From Paludibacteraceae bacterium (lineage in GTDB: Bacteria; Bacteroidota; Bacteroidia; Bacteroidales; Paludibacteraceae), in NCBI GenBank assembly GCA_017632345.1, contig JAGBRL010000100.1, positions 4,850 to 68,849 of the forward strand: a DNA stretch of 64,000 bases, written 5' to 3'. Of this stretch, positions 35,363 through 45,877 are shown piece after piece. Each line of letters opens with the position of its first letter. The first letter of the stretch is position 1. The notes beneath the pieces are model-generated. The model was not told where the DNA came from, searched no databases, and saw only the letters and a list, made by a program, of their open reading frames with translations. The position numbers and the translations under genes were made by a program.

Positions 35363-35632
35363 TTAGCGTCTTAGACCCAATTCCTTAACGATAGCACGGT
35401 ATCTTTCGATATCTCTATCCTTCAAGTAGTCGAGCATGCGACGACGCTTACCTACCAACGCCTTTAGAGAGCGTGATGTGTTATAGTCCTTCTTATTTGA
35501 CTTCAAGTGTTCAGTCAAATGAGAGATACGGTATGAAAATAGCGCTATCTGAGATTCTGCTGACCCAGTATCGGTATTAGACTTTCCGTATTTCCCGAAG
35601 AGTTCTGCTTTCTTTTCTGATGTTAAATACAT
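35363..35632 (-). CDS. rpsO: 30S ribosomal protein S15
   Basis: MYLTSEKKAELFGKYGKSNTDTGSAESQIALFSYRISHLTEHLK..., 89 aa from ATG 35632. Confidence 0.95.
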   Translation of the reverse strand: MYLTSEKKAELFGKYGKSNTDTGSAESQIALFSYRISHLTEHLKSNKKDYNTSRSLKALVGKRRRMLDYLKDRDIERYRAIVKELGLRR

Positions 35633-35713
35633 AATCAAAAAATATTATTGTTAAAAATCGGTTGCAAAGATAATCAAAATTTCTATATGCAAAACTTTTT
35701 GTCATCAGTTTTT

Positions 35714-37027
35714 TTAGAAATTATACTTTATCAGGGCGCAAAGTCTGTGGTTTGCCACGTTATGAGTGTTTTCCACTGTTCCGTCAGACATAGTTTCGCC
35801 GTATGCAACGCTTGTCATTTCGTATTCAAGACCCAAGTTGAAGTGCTTCAGATTGTAGCAGTAAGACGGAGCGATTCTGAACATCTGGTCGATGTTTTTG
35901 TAACCGCGCACGTAAGATGTAAGCAAATCTTCTGTTGCTCCCAAGTTCTTAGAATATCCGAAGAATACGTTAACCTTGTGCTTCTTTCCGTAAGACAAGT
36001 TTAGCCACGAAGTCATGTTGTTCAGCGTTTCGTACTCGTTAGAGCCGTCTGGGTTGACCTCAGTCACGCCGTAGCCGCTCATCATGTGCAGGTGCGAAGT
36101 GTTCTGTCCGTAAAGAGCCTTCAGCTTAAGAGCGAACAGGTCCTTTTTGTACTGCATGTAGAACATAGGAGACACGCCAGTAACGTACTCTTCCACCTTC
36201 ATTGGAGTATCGCCTCCTGTAGATGTGCGCGGACGCAGACGCTGAATGTCCGCTCCAACTTCGAAGAACCAGCTTCTGTCTTTGTTGTACCAGTCTATTC
36301 CGGCGAATATTTCAGGCAGCACCGCGTTAGTCTGGTAGTTAGCCGAAGTTCCGTCAGGTCCTGCCGATGTGTATTGCAACTGATAAAGCGCAGCAAGGTT
36401 GAAGTCAAAGCCCTTAGCCTTCAGTTTGTAGCTTATCTGAGGCGTGCGGCTGAACGGCTGGAAAGGCGAGCCGGTAGCAAGCCCAAGCACGTCCGGGAGG
36501 TTTGCGCTGCACATAGGGTGCCATGTCTGTCCGCAAAGCACCTCGTGTTTGCCCCAGTCTAATTTAAGGAATGCGTGGCGGATGCGGAGCATCGTTGTGC
36601 TTCCTGAATATCCGTTGAAATCTGCTTCAATCTTTGCAGATGTCGCTGCTCCGAGAGCCTCCGGGCCGGTCATGGACAAGCCAAGGCGAGTGGTGATGGC
36701 AAGCAGACGAGAACTTGCAACTTCGTTCACATCTTCTCCGTTAATGTCAATGTTTTCGTCCATCGGAATTTGGCAGAACTGTCCGCCAGAAGAAGACAAT
36801 GTTTTGCGCGTGTCAAAATAGAGGTAGTTTCTGACAAACCCGTAATACTTTACCTGAACCTTGTCCTGAATATTTGCAAGTTTGTGTTCCGGAGCGTATT
36901 CGCTTGGGTTAGAACTTGCCAACGTGAGTTTCTGAGACTCCTGCGCGTTAGCCGATGTCGTGTCGGTCTGCGCTGCTGCGTTCAGCATTATAAAGGCCGA
37001 AACTGCAGTGAATAATACTTTTTTCAT
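35714..37027 (-). CDS. Outer-membrane porin-like beta-barrel protein
   Basis: Signal peptide MKKVLFTAVSAFIMLNAAAQ, alternating beta-strand pattern and a C-terminal ..LIKYNF. It is adjacent to two anion transporters. Confidence 0.6.
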   Translation of the reverse strand: MKKVLFTAVSAFIMLNAAAQTDTTSANAQESQKLTLASSNPSEYAPEHKLANIQDKVQVKYYGFVRNYLYFDTRKTLSSSGGQFCQIPMDENIDINGEDVNEVASSRLLAITTRLGLSMTGPEALGAATSAKIEADFNGYSGSTTMLRIRHAFLKLDWGKHEVLCGQTWHPMCSANLPDVLGLATGSPFQPFSRTPQISYKLKAKGFDFNLAALYQLQYTSAGPDGTSANYQTNAVLPEIFAGIDWYNKDRSWFFEVGADIQRLRPRTSTGGDTPMKVEEYVTGVSPMFYMQYKKDLFALKLKALYGQNTSHLHMMSGYGVTEVNPDGSNEYETLNNMTSWLNLSYGKKHKVNVFFGYSKNLGATEDLLTSYVRGYKNIDQMFRIAPSYCYNLKHFNLGLEYEMTSVAYGETMSDGTVENTHNVANHRLCALIKYNF

Positions 37028-37112
37028 TACCTTTTATAGACAATCAAATAGAGACGGCACGAAGCCGTCTCCATTGTGTTATTTAATATTTTTCATTAAT
37101 GTTCGACCGATA

Positions 37113-38576
37113 TTACAGCAATCCCATTTTACAAACAGTAATCAAAACTGCATATCCAAGAGCAAGGCCAAGCACTCCGGCGATTATACCGACAATAGCC
37201 ATGTCCTTCTGTTTGATGAATCCTTTTGCGTAAGCAAGCGCGTTCGGAGGTGTAGAGATTGGCAATGCCATTGCGAATGATGCAGAAAGAGCAAGACCAA
37301 CGATCAAGGCTGTAACGCCACCGAAAGGCAATAGTTCTTTCTCCATACCGCTACCTACAGCAATCAGGATAGGGATAAGCAACGCAGCTGTTGCCGAGTT
37401 TGACATGAAAGTTGACATGACAAGGCAAAGGATTCCAGAGCCGAGGATAACCAAAAGCGGAGACCAGGTGTCGAACGGTATAGCTTCAACCAAGTGTTTA
37501 GCAAGACCTGTCTTTTCAAGGCCGACGCCAAGAGCGAAACCACCGGCTACCAGCCAAAGAACGTCCCAGTCAACCTCTTTCAAATCTTTCTTAGTGAAGA
37601 TGCCGCATACGCTGAATACTGCGAACGGAATAAGAGCCACGATATTTGCGTTGATGCCGTGCAGTTTGTCAGTAACCCAGAGAAGGATTGTCACGATGAA
37701 TGTGATGTAAACGACGTAAGCCTTAGGGCTCTTTTCAAATTCGCCTTCGATTTCAATCACGATGTTCTTCTGTTCAAAAGGGAACATCTTCAGAAGCACA
37801 AACCACATGATGATCAATACAACCAGTACGAAAGGAATCATCACCATTGCCCAGTCGCCGAAACCTATGGAGATGTCCATCATATTTTCCAAGTTACCCT
37901 TTGCAATTGCATTCGGAGGAGTTCCGATAGGAGTACCGATACCGCCCACGTTAGCAGCTACCGGAATTGCAAGCGCCAAGCCGATGCGTCCTTTGCCCGA
38001 AGCAGGAAGAGTGGCAAGTACCGGAGACAAGATAGCGAGCATCATGGCTGCGGTTGCAGTGTTGCTCATAAACATAGAGAATATGGCAGTAACCAAGATG
38101 AAGCCGAGAAGAACATACTCAGAGCGAGTTCCGAACGGCTTTAGCATGAATTTAGCCAAAGCGGCGTCCAATTTATATTTTGTTGATGTGATGGCCAAGA
38201 CGAATCCTCCCATGAAGAGCATAACCGTAGGGTCTGCAAACGAAGCCATAAGAGCTTTGTTGCTGATCATAGTTCCAAAACCTTCGGCAGGCACGAACTT
38301 TTCAGCTCCGTTTTCTGTAACCCATTCGCCGATTTTCATAAAGTTAACCATGCTGTCTGACGTGGTGAGCAGCATCAGCACAAGAACAAGGACTGATGTG
38401 GTCCAGATAGGAATAGCCTCCGAGATCCACATGCAAGCTGCAAAAACAAACAGAGCGATAACCCTCTGCTCAATAACCGTCAGGCCTGGAATACCGAGGC
38501 ACTCTGTCGGCAAGGCCCATACTATCAAAGTCAGCAAGACCGAGATAGCCAACCCAATCAAATTTTTCGTTTCCAT
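37113..38576 (-). CDS. DASS/SLC13-family anion:sodium symporter
   Basis: Polytopic, with the two hairpin-tip SNT motifs FMSNTATAAMM and FMSNSATAALL. Confidence 0.8.
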   Translation of the reverse strand: METKNLIGLAISVLLTLIVWALPTECLGIPGLTVIEQRVIALFVFAACMWISEAIPIWTTSVLVLVLMLLTTSDSMVNFMKIGEWVTENGAEKFVPAEGFGTMISNKALMASFADPTVMLFMGGFVLAITSTKYKLDAALAKFMLKPFGTRSEYVLLGFILVTAIFSMFMSNTATAAMMLAILSPVLATLPASGKGRIGLALAIPVAANVGGIGTPIGTPPNAIAKGNLENMMDISIGFGDWAMVMIPFVLVVLIIMWFVLLKMFPFEQKNIVIEIEGEFEKSPKAYVVYITFIVTILLWVTDKLHGINANIVALIPFAVFSVCGIFTKKDLKEVDWDVLWLVAGGFALGVGLEKTGLAKHLVEAIPFDTWSPLLVILGSGILCLVMSTFMSNSATAALLIPILIAVGSGMEKELLPFGGVTALIVGLALSASFAMALPISTPPNALAYAKGFIKQKDMAIVGIIAGVLGLALGYAVLITVCKMGLL

Positions 38577-38626
38577 TGTGAGTTTTTATTCAGTTTTAAA
38601 TTTAAAAATTAGTAATATCGATGTCA

Positions 38627-40294
38627 TTAAAGCGTGGCGAGAATCAAGATCTGCGCAGTCAGTATTCGCAAGAACATAGTCAGCGGATAGACTGTAGCGT
38701 AGGACGTTGACTGAGCCTGAGCCGGAGCGATGGAGTTCGCATACTCCAAAGCGGGAGGGTCTGTCATCGCGCCCGATATGATTCCGCAAATCTTCAGATA
38801 ATTGAACTTCATCAGCCTTGCTATTATTGCCACAGTCATTACCGGCACGAAGGTGATGAGTGCTCCGTAGAGCATCCATACAGAGCCGCCGTTGCTCACT
38901 GTACTTGCAAAGTTTGTGCCAGACGACAATCCCACGCACGCAAGGAAGAGCGTTATGCCCAGCTCCCTCATCATGCTGTTGGCGCCCGGGGTCATGTAGA
39001 AGTCCATCTTGCCTATTCTGCCCTTGTAGCCAAGCAATATCGCCACAATCAGCGGACCGCCAGCCAAGCCAAGCTTTGCAGGAGCCGGAAGTCCAGGGAT
39101 AGCAATCGGAATGCTGCCGAGAACAACCCCTAAGAATATGCCAAAAAAGATTGGGATTGTGTTAGGTATTGAGAGCTCTTTAACAGAGTTACCTATTTCG
39201 TTGCGAATTTCAGGCAGAAGAGCGCGTTTGCCGACGATGCGCACTGTGTCTCCAAGTTCAAGCGTGGTGTTCAGGGTAGGCAGAATCTCCATTCCGGCGC
39301 GGAATATACGAGTGATGTTTGCCTCGTATCGTCGGTAGATGCCAATCTGCTCGATGGTCTTGCCGGCGATTTTGCGGTTTGTCACCAATACGTTGAACAT
39401 TGCCAGCGCCCCTGTAATCTCCCTTTTGTTGCCAATCTCTACCGGACCCACTTTAAGCTGCAGGTTATCTATAAGATGGCTTGCCGAAACACCGTATATA
39501 ACGTCTCCTTCAATAAGAATCTCCTTGTCCATCGGAGCGATGAACTGTCCTTCTCTGTATATTCTGGAGATGGCCAATTCCTTGTCAACCAATTCTTTAA
39601 GGTATTCAATTTCTTTGCCGAACAAGTTTGGATTTGTGACTGTGATGGTTACGCTTTCAAGCTGTTTGACGGAGCCTGAGCTTAGCTGATTCACGTAGTC
39701 CTCAGCCTCTTTGTCAATTTTGATTCTGAAGATAACCCGGATAAGCAGCATTGCCAAAATCAGCCCGATAACCCCGAACGGATAAGCCACCGCATAAGCC
39801 ATTCCGGCTGTGGCGATGTCGTCCGGACTGCCAGCCAAAGCTTGCTGAGCGGCACCCAGCCCGGGCGTGTTGGTGACTGCCCCGCAAAGCACGCCGGTAG
39901 CGACAGCAGGAGACAAGCCTCCAAAGAAGTGCAGTCCTAAAGCTATGATAAAGCCGAGCAGAACAATGCTCATAGCCATTATGTTCATCGAAAAACCTTC
40001 GCTGCGGAAAGAGCTGAAGAAACGAGGGCCCACGTCAACCCCGATTGCGTATATGAAGAGTATCAGGCCGAACTCTTTCACGAAGTGCAGAATCTCGCCG
40101 TTAAGCTGCGGCGAGCCGCCAGCAGCCTTCAGGTGCGCCAGTATAAGCCCCGCAAACAGCACTCCAGAGATGCCTAAGCGGACTCCTTTTATCTCTATCT
40201 TGCCAACCGCCACGCCTATTGCGGCAGTGAGGCATAAATAAACCAGAATGGAAGACATTCCGGAACCTATGAACAAATCTGTGATAAAGTCCAT
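38627..40294 (-). CDS. YidE/YbjL (AspT-type) putative transporter with central TrkA-C/RCK-C domains
   Basis: 555 aa. Duplicated membrane halves flank two soluble RCK_C-like segments (..GKEIEYLKELV.., ..GKTIEQIGIYRRYEANITRIFRAG..). Confidence 0.75.
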   Translation of the reverse strand: MDFITDLFIGSGMSSILVYLCLTAAIGVAVGKIEIKGVRLGISGVLFAGLILAHLKAAGGSPQLNGEILHFVKEFGLILFIYAIGVDVGPRFFSSFRSEGFSMNIMAMSIVLLGFIIALGLHFFGGLSPAVATGVLCGAVTNTPGLGAAQQALAGSPDDIATAGMAYAVAYPFGVIGLILAMLLIRVIFRIKIDKEAEDYVNQLSSGSVKQLESVTITVTNPNLFGKEIEYLKELVDKELAISRIYREGQFIAPMDKEILIEGDVIYGVSASHLIDNLQLKVGPVEIGNKREITGALAMFNVLVTNRKIAGKTIEQIGIYRRYEANITRIFRAGMEILPTLNTTLELGDTVRIVGKRALLPEIRNEIGNSVKELSIPNTIPIFFGIFLGVVLGSIPIAIPGLPAPAKLGLAGGPLIVAILLGYKGRIGKMDFYMTPGANSMMRELGITLFLACVGLSSGTNFASTVSNGGSVWMLYGALITFVPVMTVAIIARLMKFNYLKICGIISGAMTDPPALEYANSIAPAQAQSTSYATVYPLTMFLRILTAQILILATL

Positions 40295-40749
40295 AATAAT
40301 TTAAATTCTCTTTATGAATCTTAAACCCTTAAAATCAGTCTGAGAATTGATGTCTGTAAACTTGGCAAGCGTATCCGTTCGCCGTTTGCAAGGCAAAGGA
40401 GGGAGCTTTTTTGAGTCCCCCTTTCTCGACTCTTTGTAACATAAGTCAATGTCACAAATGTTTTGCAAAAGTATAAAAATTTTAAATCCGACACGTTTTT
40501 TATCTGCTTTTTTTGCATAAAAATTCAAAAAATGTTTTTCATAAGAGTTGTAGTAACTGATAATCAGGCGTTTGTATAATTTAAAACAGCACGAAATTTA
40601 ATTGTTTCAGCTTCATAGCCCCTCGCTTTATTATACCAATCTTGCAGTCAACTTTTATAAGTCATCCGAAAGTCTGTATTTCTAACTAAATGTAAGAACT
40701 GTCCTCGAGCAAATTGTAAATTGTTAATTGTTAATTGCAAACTTTCCCT

Positions 40750-40757
40750 TATCTTTG
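40750..40757 (+). promoter_or_regulatory. -7 box TATCTTTG upstream of sufS
   Basis: Matches TAnnTTTG, 26 nt before ATG 40783. Confidence 0.45.
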
Positions 40758-40782
40758 CACCATATATCAATTTAAGTTAATT

Positions 40783-42006
40783 ATGGGTTTCAATCCAGAA
40801 GACATACGCGCGGATTTTCCGATTCTTCAGACTAAAGTTTACGGAAAGCCGCTGGTTTATCTTGACAATGCGGCAACTACTCAGAAGCCGAAGAGCGTTG
40901 TTGACACAATATGCGGCAACTATTACGCTCAAAACGCAAACATACACAGAGGTGTGCATTTCCTTAGCCAAAGGGCCACGGAGGCGCACGAGGAGGCGAG
41001 GAAGACGGTGCAGAAGTTCCTGAACGCCAAAAGCGCAAGAGAGGTTATCTTCACGCGCGGCACGACAGAAGCTGTCAATCTCGTGGCGTCGTCGTTCGGA
41101 AAGGCTTTCTGCAAGGAGGGCGACGAGATTGTGGTGTCGCAGATGGAGCATCACTCTAATATTGTGCCGTGGCAGATTCTGCAGTCGGACCGTGGCGTCT
41201 CTCTGAAGGTCATTCCATTCGATGAAAAGGGCGTTTTGCAGGTGGATAAGCTGAACGATTTGCTGACGGAACGCACAAAGCTGGTGGCCGTGGCTCATGT
41301 TTCCAACACGCTCGGAACGGTCAATCCGGTGAAAGAGATTGTGCGTATGGCTCATGAACGTGGCATTCCGGTGCTGGTGGACGGCGCGCAATCCGTTCCG
41401 CATATGAAGGTTGACGTTCAAGATATTGACGCAGATTTTTACGTCTTCTCAGGACATAAAATTTACGGGCCGACGGGTATTGGCGCTCTTTACGGAAAAG
41501 AGGAGTGGCTCGACAAGCTGCCGCCTTACCAAGGGGGCGGAGAGATGATAAAAAACGTGTCGTTCGAGAAGACTACGTTCAATGAACTGCCTTTTAAGTT
41601 TGAGGCCGGAACGCCGGATTATATAGGTTCTACGGCTTTGGCAGAGGCTATAAGATACGTGGAGGCTATCGGGATGGACAATATTGCGCGGCACGAGCAG
41701 GCTTTGCTGAAGTATGCTACGGAGAAACTTAGCCAGATAGAGAATATCAGGTTTATTGGCGAGGCGGAGAACAAGAGCGGACTGGTCTCTTTCCTTGTGG
41801 GCGATATTCATCCGTATGACTTGGGAGCTATTCTTGACAAGCTGGGTATCGCGGTCCGGACCGGTCATCACTGTGCGGAGCCTGTTATGAAGGCGTTCGG
41901 AATTGAAGGCACGGTAAGGGCCTCTTTCGGCATTTACAATACGTTGGAGGAGATTGACATTCTGGCGGCAGGCGTGGAGCGGGCTGCCCGTATGTTCAGG
42001 AGGTAA
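40783..42006 (+). CDS. sufS: SufS-type cysteine desulfurase
   Basis: FPILQTKVYGKPLVYLDNAATTQKP, PLP Lys in FSGHKIYGPTGIG, and catalytic Cys in RTGHHCAEP. I chose ATG 40783. Confidence 0.9.
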   Translation: MGFNPEDIRADFPILQTKVYGKPLVYLDNAATTQKPKSVVDTICGNYYAQNANIHRGVHFLSQRATEAHEEARKTVQKFLNAKSAREVIFTRGTTEAVNLVASSFGKAFCKEGDEIVVSQMEHHSNIVPWQILQSDRGVSLKVIPFDEKGVLQVDKLNDLLTERTKLVAVAHVSNTLGTVNPVKEIVRMAHERGIPVLVDGAQSVPHMKVDVQDIDADFYVFSGHKIYGPTGIGALYGKEEWLDKLPPYQGGGEMIKNVSFEKTTFNELPFKFEAGTPDYIGSTALAEAIRYVEAIGMDNIARHEQALLKYATEKLSQIENIRFIGEAENKSGLVSFLVGDIHPYDLGAILDKLGIAVRTGHHCAEPVMKAFGIEGTVRASFGIYNTLEEIDILAAGVERAARMFRR

Positions 42007-42084
42007 TCTTGGCAAAGCGAGAACGAAAAGGGACTGAGAGTTGCAGAAGAGGCTTTGACTGTTGCGTAGTTCCTTGGTTTTTCC

Positions 42085-42092
42085 TACCTTTG
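42085..42092 (+). promoter_or_regulatory. -7 box TACCTTTG upstream of rpiB
   Basis: Matches TAnnTTTG, ~87 nt before ATG 42179. Confidence 0.35.
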
Positions 42093-42178
42093 CAGGGCGA
42101 AGTGTGGCAAAACGATTTCTGTAATGCTGCAGAATTTTATTTATCATTGCATGATTTGAACTTATAATCGTTAAATAA

Positions 42179-42616
42179 ATGAAAAATTTGACAATAGGCA
42201 TCTGCAACGACCATGCAGGTACAGAGCTGAAAAACTTTTTGATGGACGCTCTGAAAGACGAGGTGAAATTGTTCGTGAATTTCGGAACTGACTCTAACGA
42301 CAGTTGCGATTATCCGGACTTCGCTCATCCTATGGCAGAGGCGGTGGAGAGTGGCAAGTGCGATTTCGGAATCGCCATCTGCGGAACAGGGAACGGCATC
42401 ACTATGACGTGCAATAAGCACCAGAAAATCAGAGGAGCATTGTCGTGGGAGCCGGAGATTGCAAAACTTGCGCGCGAACACAACGACGCTAATGTAGTAG
42501 GTATTCCTGCAAGATTCATATCTAAAGAGAAGGCGCTAGAGATAGTGAAAGTCTTTCTTTCTACAAAGTTCGAAGGCGGCAGACACGAACGCAGAGTGGC
42601 GAAAATTGCTCTGTGA
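42179..42616 (+). CDS. rpiB: Ribose-5-phosphate isomerase B
   Basis: 145 aa in the RpiB/LacAB family, with ICGTGNGITMTCNK and ARFIS..A..IV..FL..KFEGGRHERRV. Confidence 0.9.
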   Translation: MKNLTIGICNDHAGTELKNFLMDALKDEVKLFVNFGTDSNDSCDYPDFAHPMAEAVESGKCDFGIAICGTGNGITMTCNKHQKIRGALSWEPEIAKLAREHNDANVVGIPARFISKEKALEIVKVFLSTKFEGGRHERRVAKIAL

Positions 42617-42631
42617 CAGGGAAATATCTCA

Positions 42632-42670
42632 AGTCCTGAAAGTCAAATGCGGCTTTCAGGACTTTTTTTG
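42632..42670 (+). terminator. Intrinsic terminator after rpiB
   Basis: AGTCCTGAAAG / CTTTCAGGACT followed by TTTTTTG. Confidence 0.85.
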
Positions 42671-43048
42671 TTTGTGTAATACAAATTCATGGATGCAGAC
42701 TTGTTATTTCTAAAGAAAAAGTTATATATTTGAAGACCTCGATTTCAGAGGTGGTTTTTATGGGCAACTTATACAAACTAGGTCGGGATGATCTTGGCTG
42801 ATGTCGCCTATAGAACGTCTAAATTTCATGCGTTAAGAGTGAGTGTGCTGTTGCAGTGCGTTTGTTTATAGATTTGCAGGATAGAGTTTTTTGTTGACCT
42901 TTTTTAGGGGATTTGTAGCTTTATTGTTCTATCGTTGCGTTTTTAGGCTGAAAATCACATACGGAAATTGCATGGAGTAGTGTTGTGTAATCTTTTTACA
43001 TCAAATTACAATAATTTTTTACGGACTAATTTTTTTAAATTTAATGCG

Positions 43049-45817
43049 ATGAAAAAAACAATTAAAAGTTTATTGTGTGCAGTTGCGCTCACCGGAATGG
43101 GGTGCTCTGCCTCTGCTCAAGGAAACTTTGATAGGCTTCCAGATTATTACAAAAATCTCACTCCGTGGGATAGTGCTTCGGTATGTGAGCGGAAAAGTGG
43201 TATATGGACACTTGAGAATGGAGAATATATTGATGGGGGATATTACTATGACCCTTATTCTATAATCCGTAAACCGGAGGAAAACAAGGTGTCCTTAATA
43301 GATAATAGTAGAGCCGATAAAAGAACTGTTTACACATGGGAATATAGTGTGGACAGAAAGTTAAAGTCTAAATTGAATGAGGATTTTTGGTTGAATGATT
43401 CGACGGGAGTTTTTGAATTGTGGAATAAAGAATTATACACATACGATGAAAACGGTAAGATGGAGAGTTCTGCCAAATTTGGGTTAAATTTTTTGACAGG
43501 AAATTTGGAACTGACATCTAAGACTCTGAATACATACGATGAAAACGGTAAATTACAGGCTGTAATTAATAATGAGGGTGGAGTTCAAGATACGACAGAG
43601 AAATATGAAAATGGCAAACTGATTTATAAGAGAGGGTTTGTAAAAACAGAAAGAAACGATACAACTGTTTTTTCTGGTCAGGGAGATGGTTATAGAATGG
43701 TATATGAGTATGATTCGAGGGGGAATGAGATTTTTTATAAACTTTCATATGAAGGGTACGAATACCAACGTAGAACAACTTATAGCGAAGCAGGGTTTAG
43801 ATTAGGGATTGAGATAGAATACAAAGATGAATATGAAGGAGAAAAGTACTATAATTTTACACATACGTTGACGGACAGTACGTTTAACGAAGCAGGTCAT
43901 GTTTTGGCTGTAAAAGAAACGCGTTTTGCAAAGGATTCTTCTGTTGAATTTGTTGAGTATAAAGATTGTACGTATAATAATGATTTGGGTCTTTTGACAA
44001 AATGTAAAGTCAAGAAAGTGAGGCCTTCAGAGAATGATTCTTCGTTAACGGAGATAAACTATACCTATAACGAAGCAGGCCTTCTAATTAGAGTAATTCA
44101 CAAAGACTGGGATTTTGAACGTAATGCTTTCAATTATTATAATAGCGAGGTTTATAATTATGAGTATAATTCTAAAAATCAGCTGATTCGGGAAAGCCAT
44201 TATATCCATGGGTCTGACAATTCTACAATTGATTATGCTTATGACCATAATGGCAACTTAACTATTGAGTTTTCTTTTGAAGATAGCGAAGGTCATTATG
44301 CCGGGTGGTATTTATTTTACGAATACGAGGGAGGAAAAAAGAAGGAATATGCTCCGTTTGACCCTGCTATGTATCCTACAGACAGTTATCCGGCAAACTC
44401 TCCGGTTGCAAAGCACGGTAAACTGCAGGTTTCTGGAAAAAATATGGTGGACGTGAACGGCAATATTGTGCAGCTGCGCGGTATTAGCACACATGGAATT
44501 TCATGGTTCCCGCAGTGCTATAATGAGTCGTCTGTTGATGCGTTGGTGGACGATTGGGGCATCAATGTTCTGCGTATTGCGTCTTATGCTGAAAATCAGG
44601 TGGCGAATAAAGACTGGGAGTGGCGCAAAGAGTTTATTGACACTTTGGTTAATGTGTGCGAGAAAAAGGGTATATATTGCATTATAGACTGGCATATATT
44701 AAGACAGGGCACAGGAGACCCATGGTTTTTAATTGATGAGGCTAAAGAGTTTTTTGAATATATGTCTAAGAAGTATGCAGGCAAGGCACATGTAATGTAT
44801 GAAATTTGCAATGAACCTAATACACAGGACAACGCAGTGTACTCAAGTTGGGCGAGAATCAAGTCGTATGCGCAGGAGATTATTGATGTTATTGTACAGA
44901 ATGACCCGAGTTCAATCATCATAGTGGGAACTCCTGAATGGAGTCAGCGAGTCTTGCCGGCAGCGTACAGTCCGCTGGATTATCCGAACGCTATGTATGC
45001 GCTACATTTCTATGCCGCATCTTCTTGGCACAAAGATGAACTTCGTGAGAAGGCAACAATGGCTGTAGAAAAAAACTTGCCGATTTTTGTGTCTGAGTTC
45101 GGAACTTGTGGAGATGGCGGCAGCGGCTCTCTTGATGTGCCGGAGACCATCAAATGGTTTAAATGGATGAATGACAATAACCTGAGCTGGGTGAACTGGA
45201 ACTTTGCTGACAAAGCAGAATCTTCATGTTTGCTGAAGCCTAATAGCTGTGAGGAGCAGAATTGGGACAATTATACTGAGTCTGGGCGCATCATAAAATG
45301 GGCTTTGTCTGACCCGGAACTGAACGGGGCTGATTCCGTGCTGCTGGTTGATGCGGCTTTGAAGAAAAACAAGTATCTGAGAATAAAAGATATTCGTTTT
45401 GATTATTTGGGCAGCTGTATTGCTGAAAATCCTAGTTTTGTAACAGATAACGACATTGATGGACTGGTTCATTGCGCGTACATAAAAGAGTGTCTCGCAG
45501 AGGAGCCGGAATTGGCGAAAGACGAGGCCAGGTTAGACTCTTGTGCTAAGGATAAGGCAACCGACGTGGCTTTGACAAACTCTTCGCTTCATGGTGTTTC
45601 TGTTTACCCTAATCCTGTTAAGGATAACTTGGTTGTTGATTATGACGGCGGCGTGTTTAGTGTTGTGCTGATAGATTTGTTAGGCTCTGAGGTTTTGAGA
45701 GAAGAGTGCGTTCAGGGGAAGAATGTGGTCAATGTGTCATCTCTTGCTCCGGGCTGTTACCTTGTTAAAGTGGAAAGCAACGGCAAGTTCCATTTCGAGA
45801 AGATGTCTAAAGAGTAA
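43049..45817 (+). CDS. Secreted YD-repeat region fused to a GH5 endoglucanase domain and a T9SS C-terminal sorting domain
   Basis: Signal peptide MKKTIKSLLCAVALTGMGCSASAQ. About 9 YD-type repeats (YTYDENGKM, NTYDENGKL, YEYDSRGNE, YTYNEAGLL, YEYNSKNQL, YAYDHNGNL..). GH5 motifs VMYEICNEPN (acid/base Glu) and IFVSEFGT (nucleophile Glu). A CTD begins at ..VSVYPNPVKDNLVV.. Confidence 0.8.
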   Translation: MKKTIKSLLCAVALTGMGCSASAQGNFDRLPDYYKNLTPWDSASVCERKSGIWTLENGEYIDGGYYYDPYSIIRKPEENKVSLIDNSRADKRTVYTWEYSVDRKLKSKLNEDFWLNDSTGVFELWNKELYTYDENGKMESSAKFGLNFLTGNLELTSKTLNTYDENGKLQAVINNEGGVQDTTEKYENGKLIYKRGFVKTERNDTTVFSGQGDGYRMVYEYDSRGNEIFYKLSYEGYEYQRRTTYSEAGFRLGIEIEYKDEYEGEKYYNFTHTLTDSTFNEAGHVLAVKETRFAKDSSVEFVEYKDCTYNNDLGLLTKCKVKKVRPSENDSSLTEINYTYNEAGLLIRVIHKDWDFERNAFNYYNSEVYNYEYNSKNQLIRESHYIHGSDNSTIDYAYDHNGNLTIEFSFEDSEGHYAGWYLFYEYEGGKKKEYAPFDPAMYPTDSYPANSPVAKHGKLQVSGKNMVDVNGNIVQLRGISTHGISWFPQCYNESSVDALVDDWGINVLRIASYAENQVANKDWEWRKEFIDTLVNVCEKKGIYCIIDWHILRQGTGDPWFLIDEAKEFFEYMSKKYAGKAHVMYEICNEPNTQDNAVYSSWARIKSYAQEIIDVIVQNDPSSIIIVGTPEWSQRVLPAAYSPLDYPNAMYALHFYAASSWHKDELREKATMAVEKNLPIFVSEFGTCGDGGSGSLDVPETIKWFKWMNDNNLSWVNWNFADKAESSCLLKPNSCEEQNWDNYTESGRIIKWALSDPELNGADSVLLVDAALKKNKYLRIKDIRFDYLGSCIAENPSFVTDNDIDGLVHCAYIKECLAEEPELAKDEARLDSCAKDKATDVALTNSSLHGVSVYPNPVKDNLVVDYDGGVFSVVLIDLLGSEVLREECVQGKNVVNVSSLAPGCYLVKVESNGKFHFEKMSKE

Positions 45818-45840
45818 AGGTTGTTTTCTCGCTTTAAAAG

Positions 45841-45873
45841 CAAGGCTCGAGCTGTTTTTATGCTCGAGCCTTG
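45841..45873. terminator. Bidirectional hairpin between convergent genes
   Basis: CAAGGCTCGAGC (45841-45852) / GCTCGAGCCTTG (45862-45873), a 12-bp perfect stem. Confidence 0.75.
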
Positions 45874-45877
45874 TGCT

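Noticed and set aside
43349-44400. YD repeats as evidence for an Rhs/polymorphic toxin locus
   Set aside because: There is no Rhs core motif, PAAR/VgrG neighbour, C-terminal toxin tip or immunity gene. The repeats are followed by an intact GH5 domain and a T9SS CTD.
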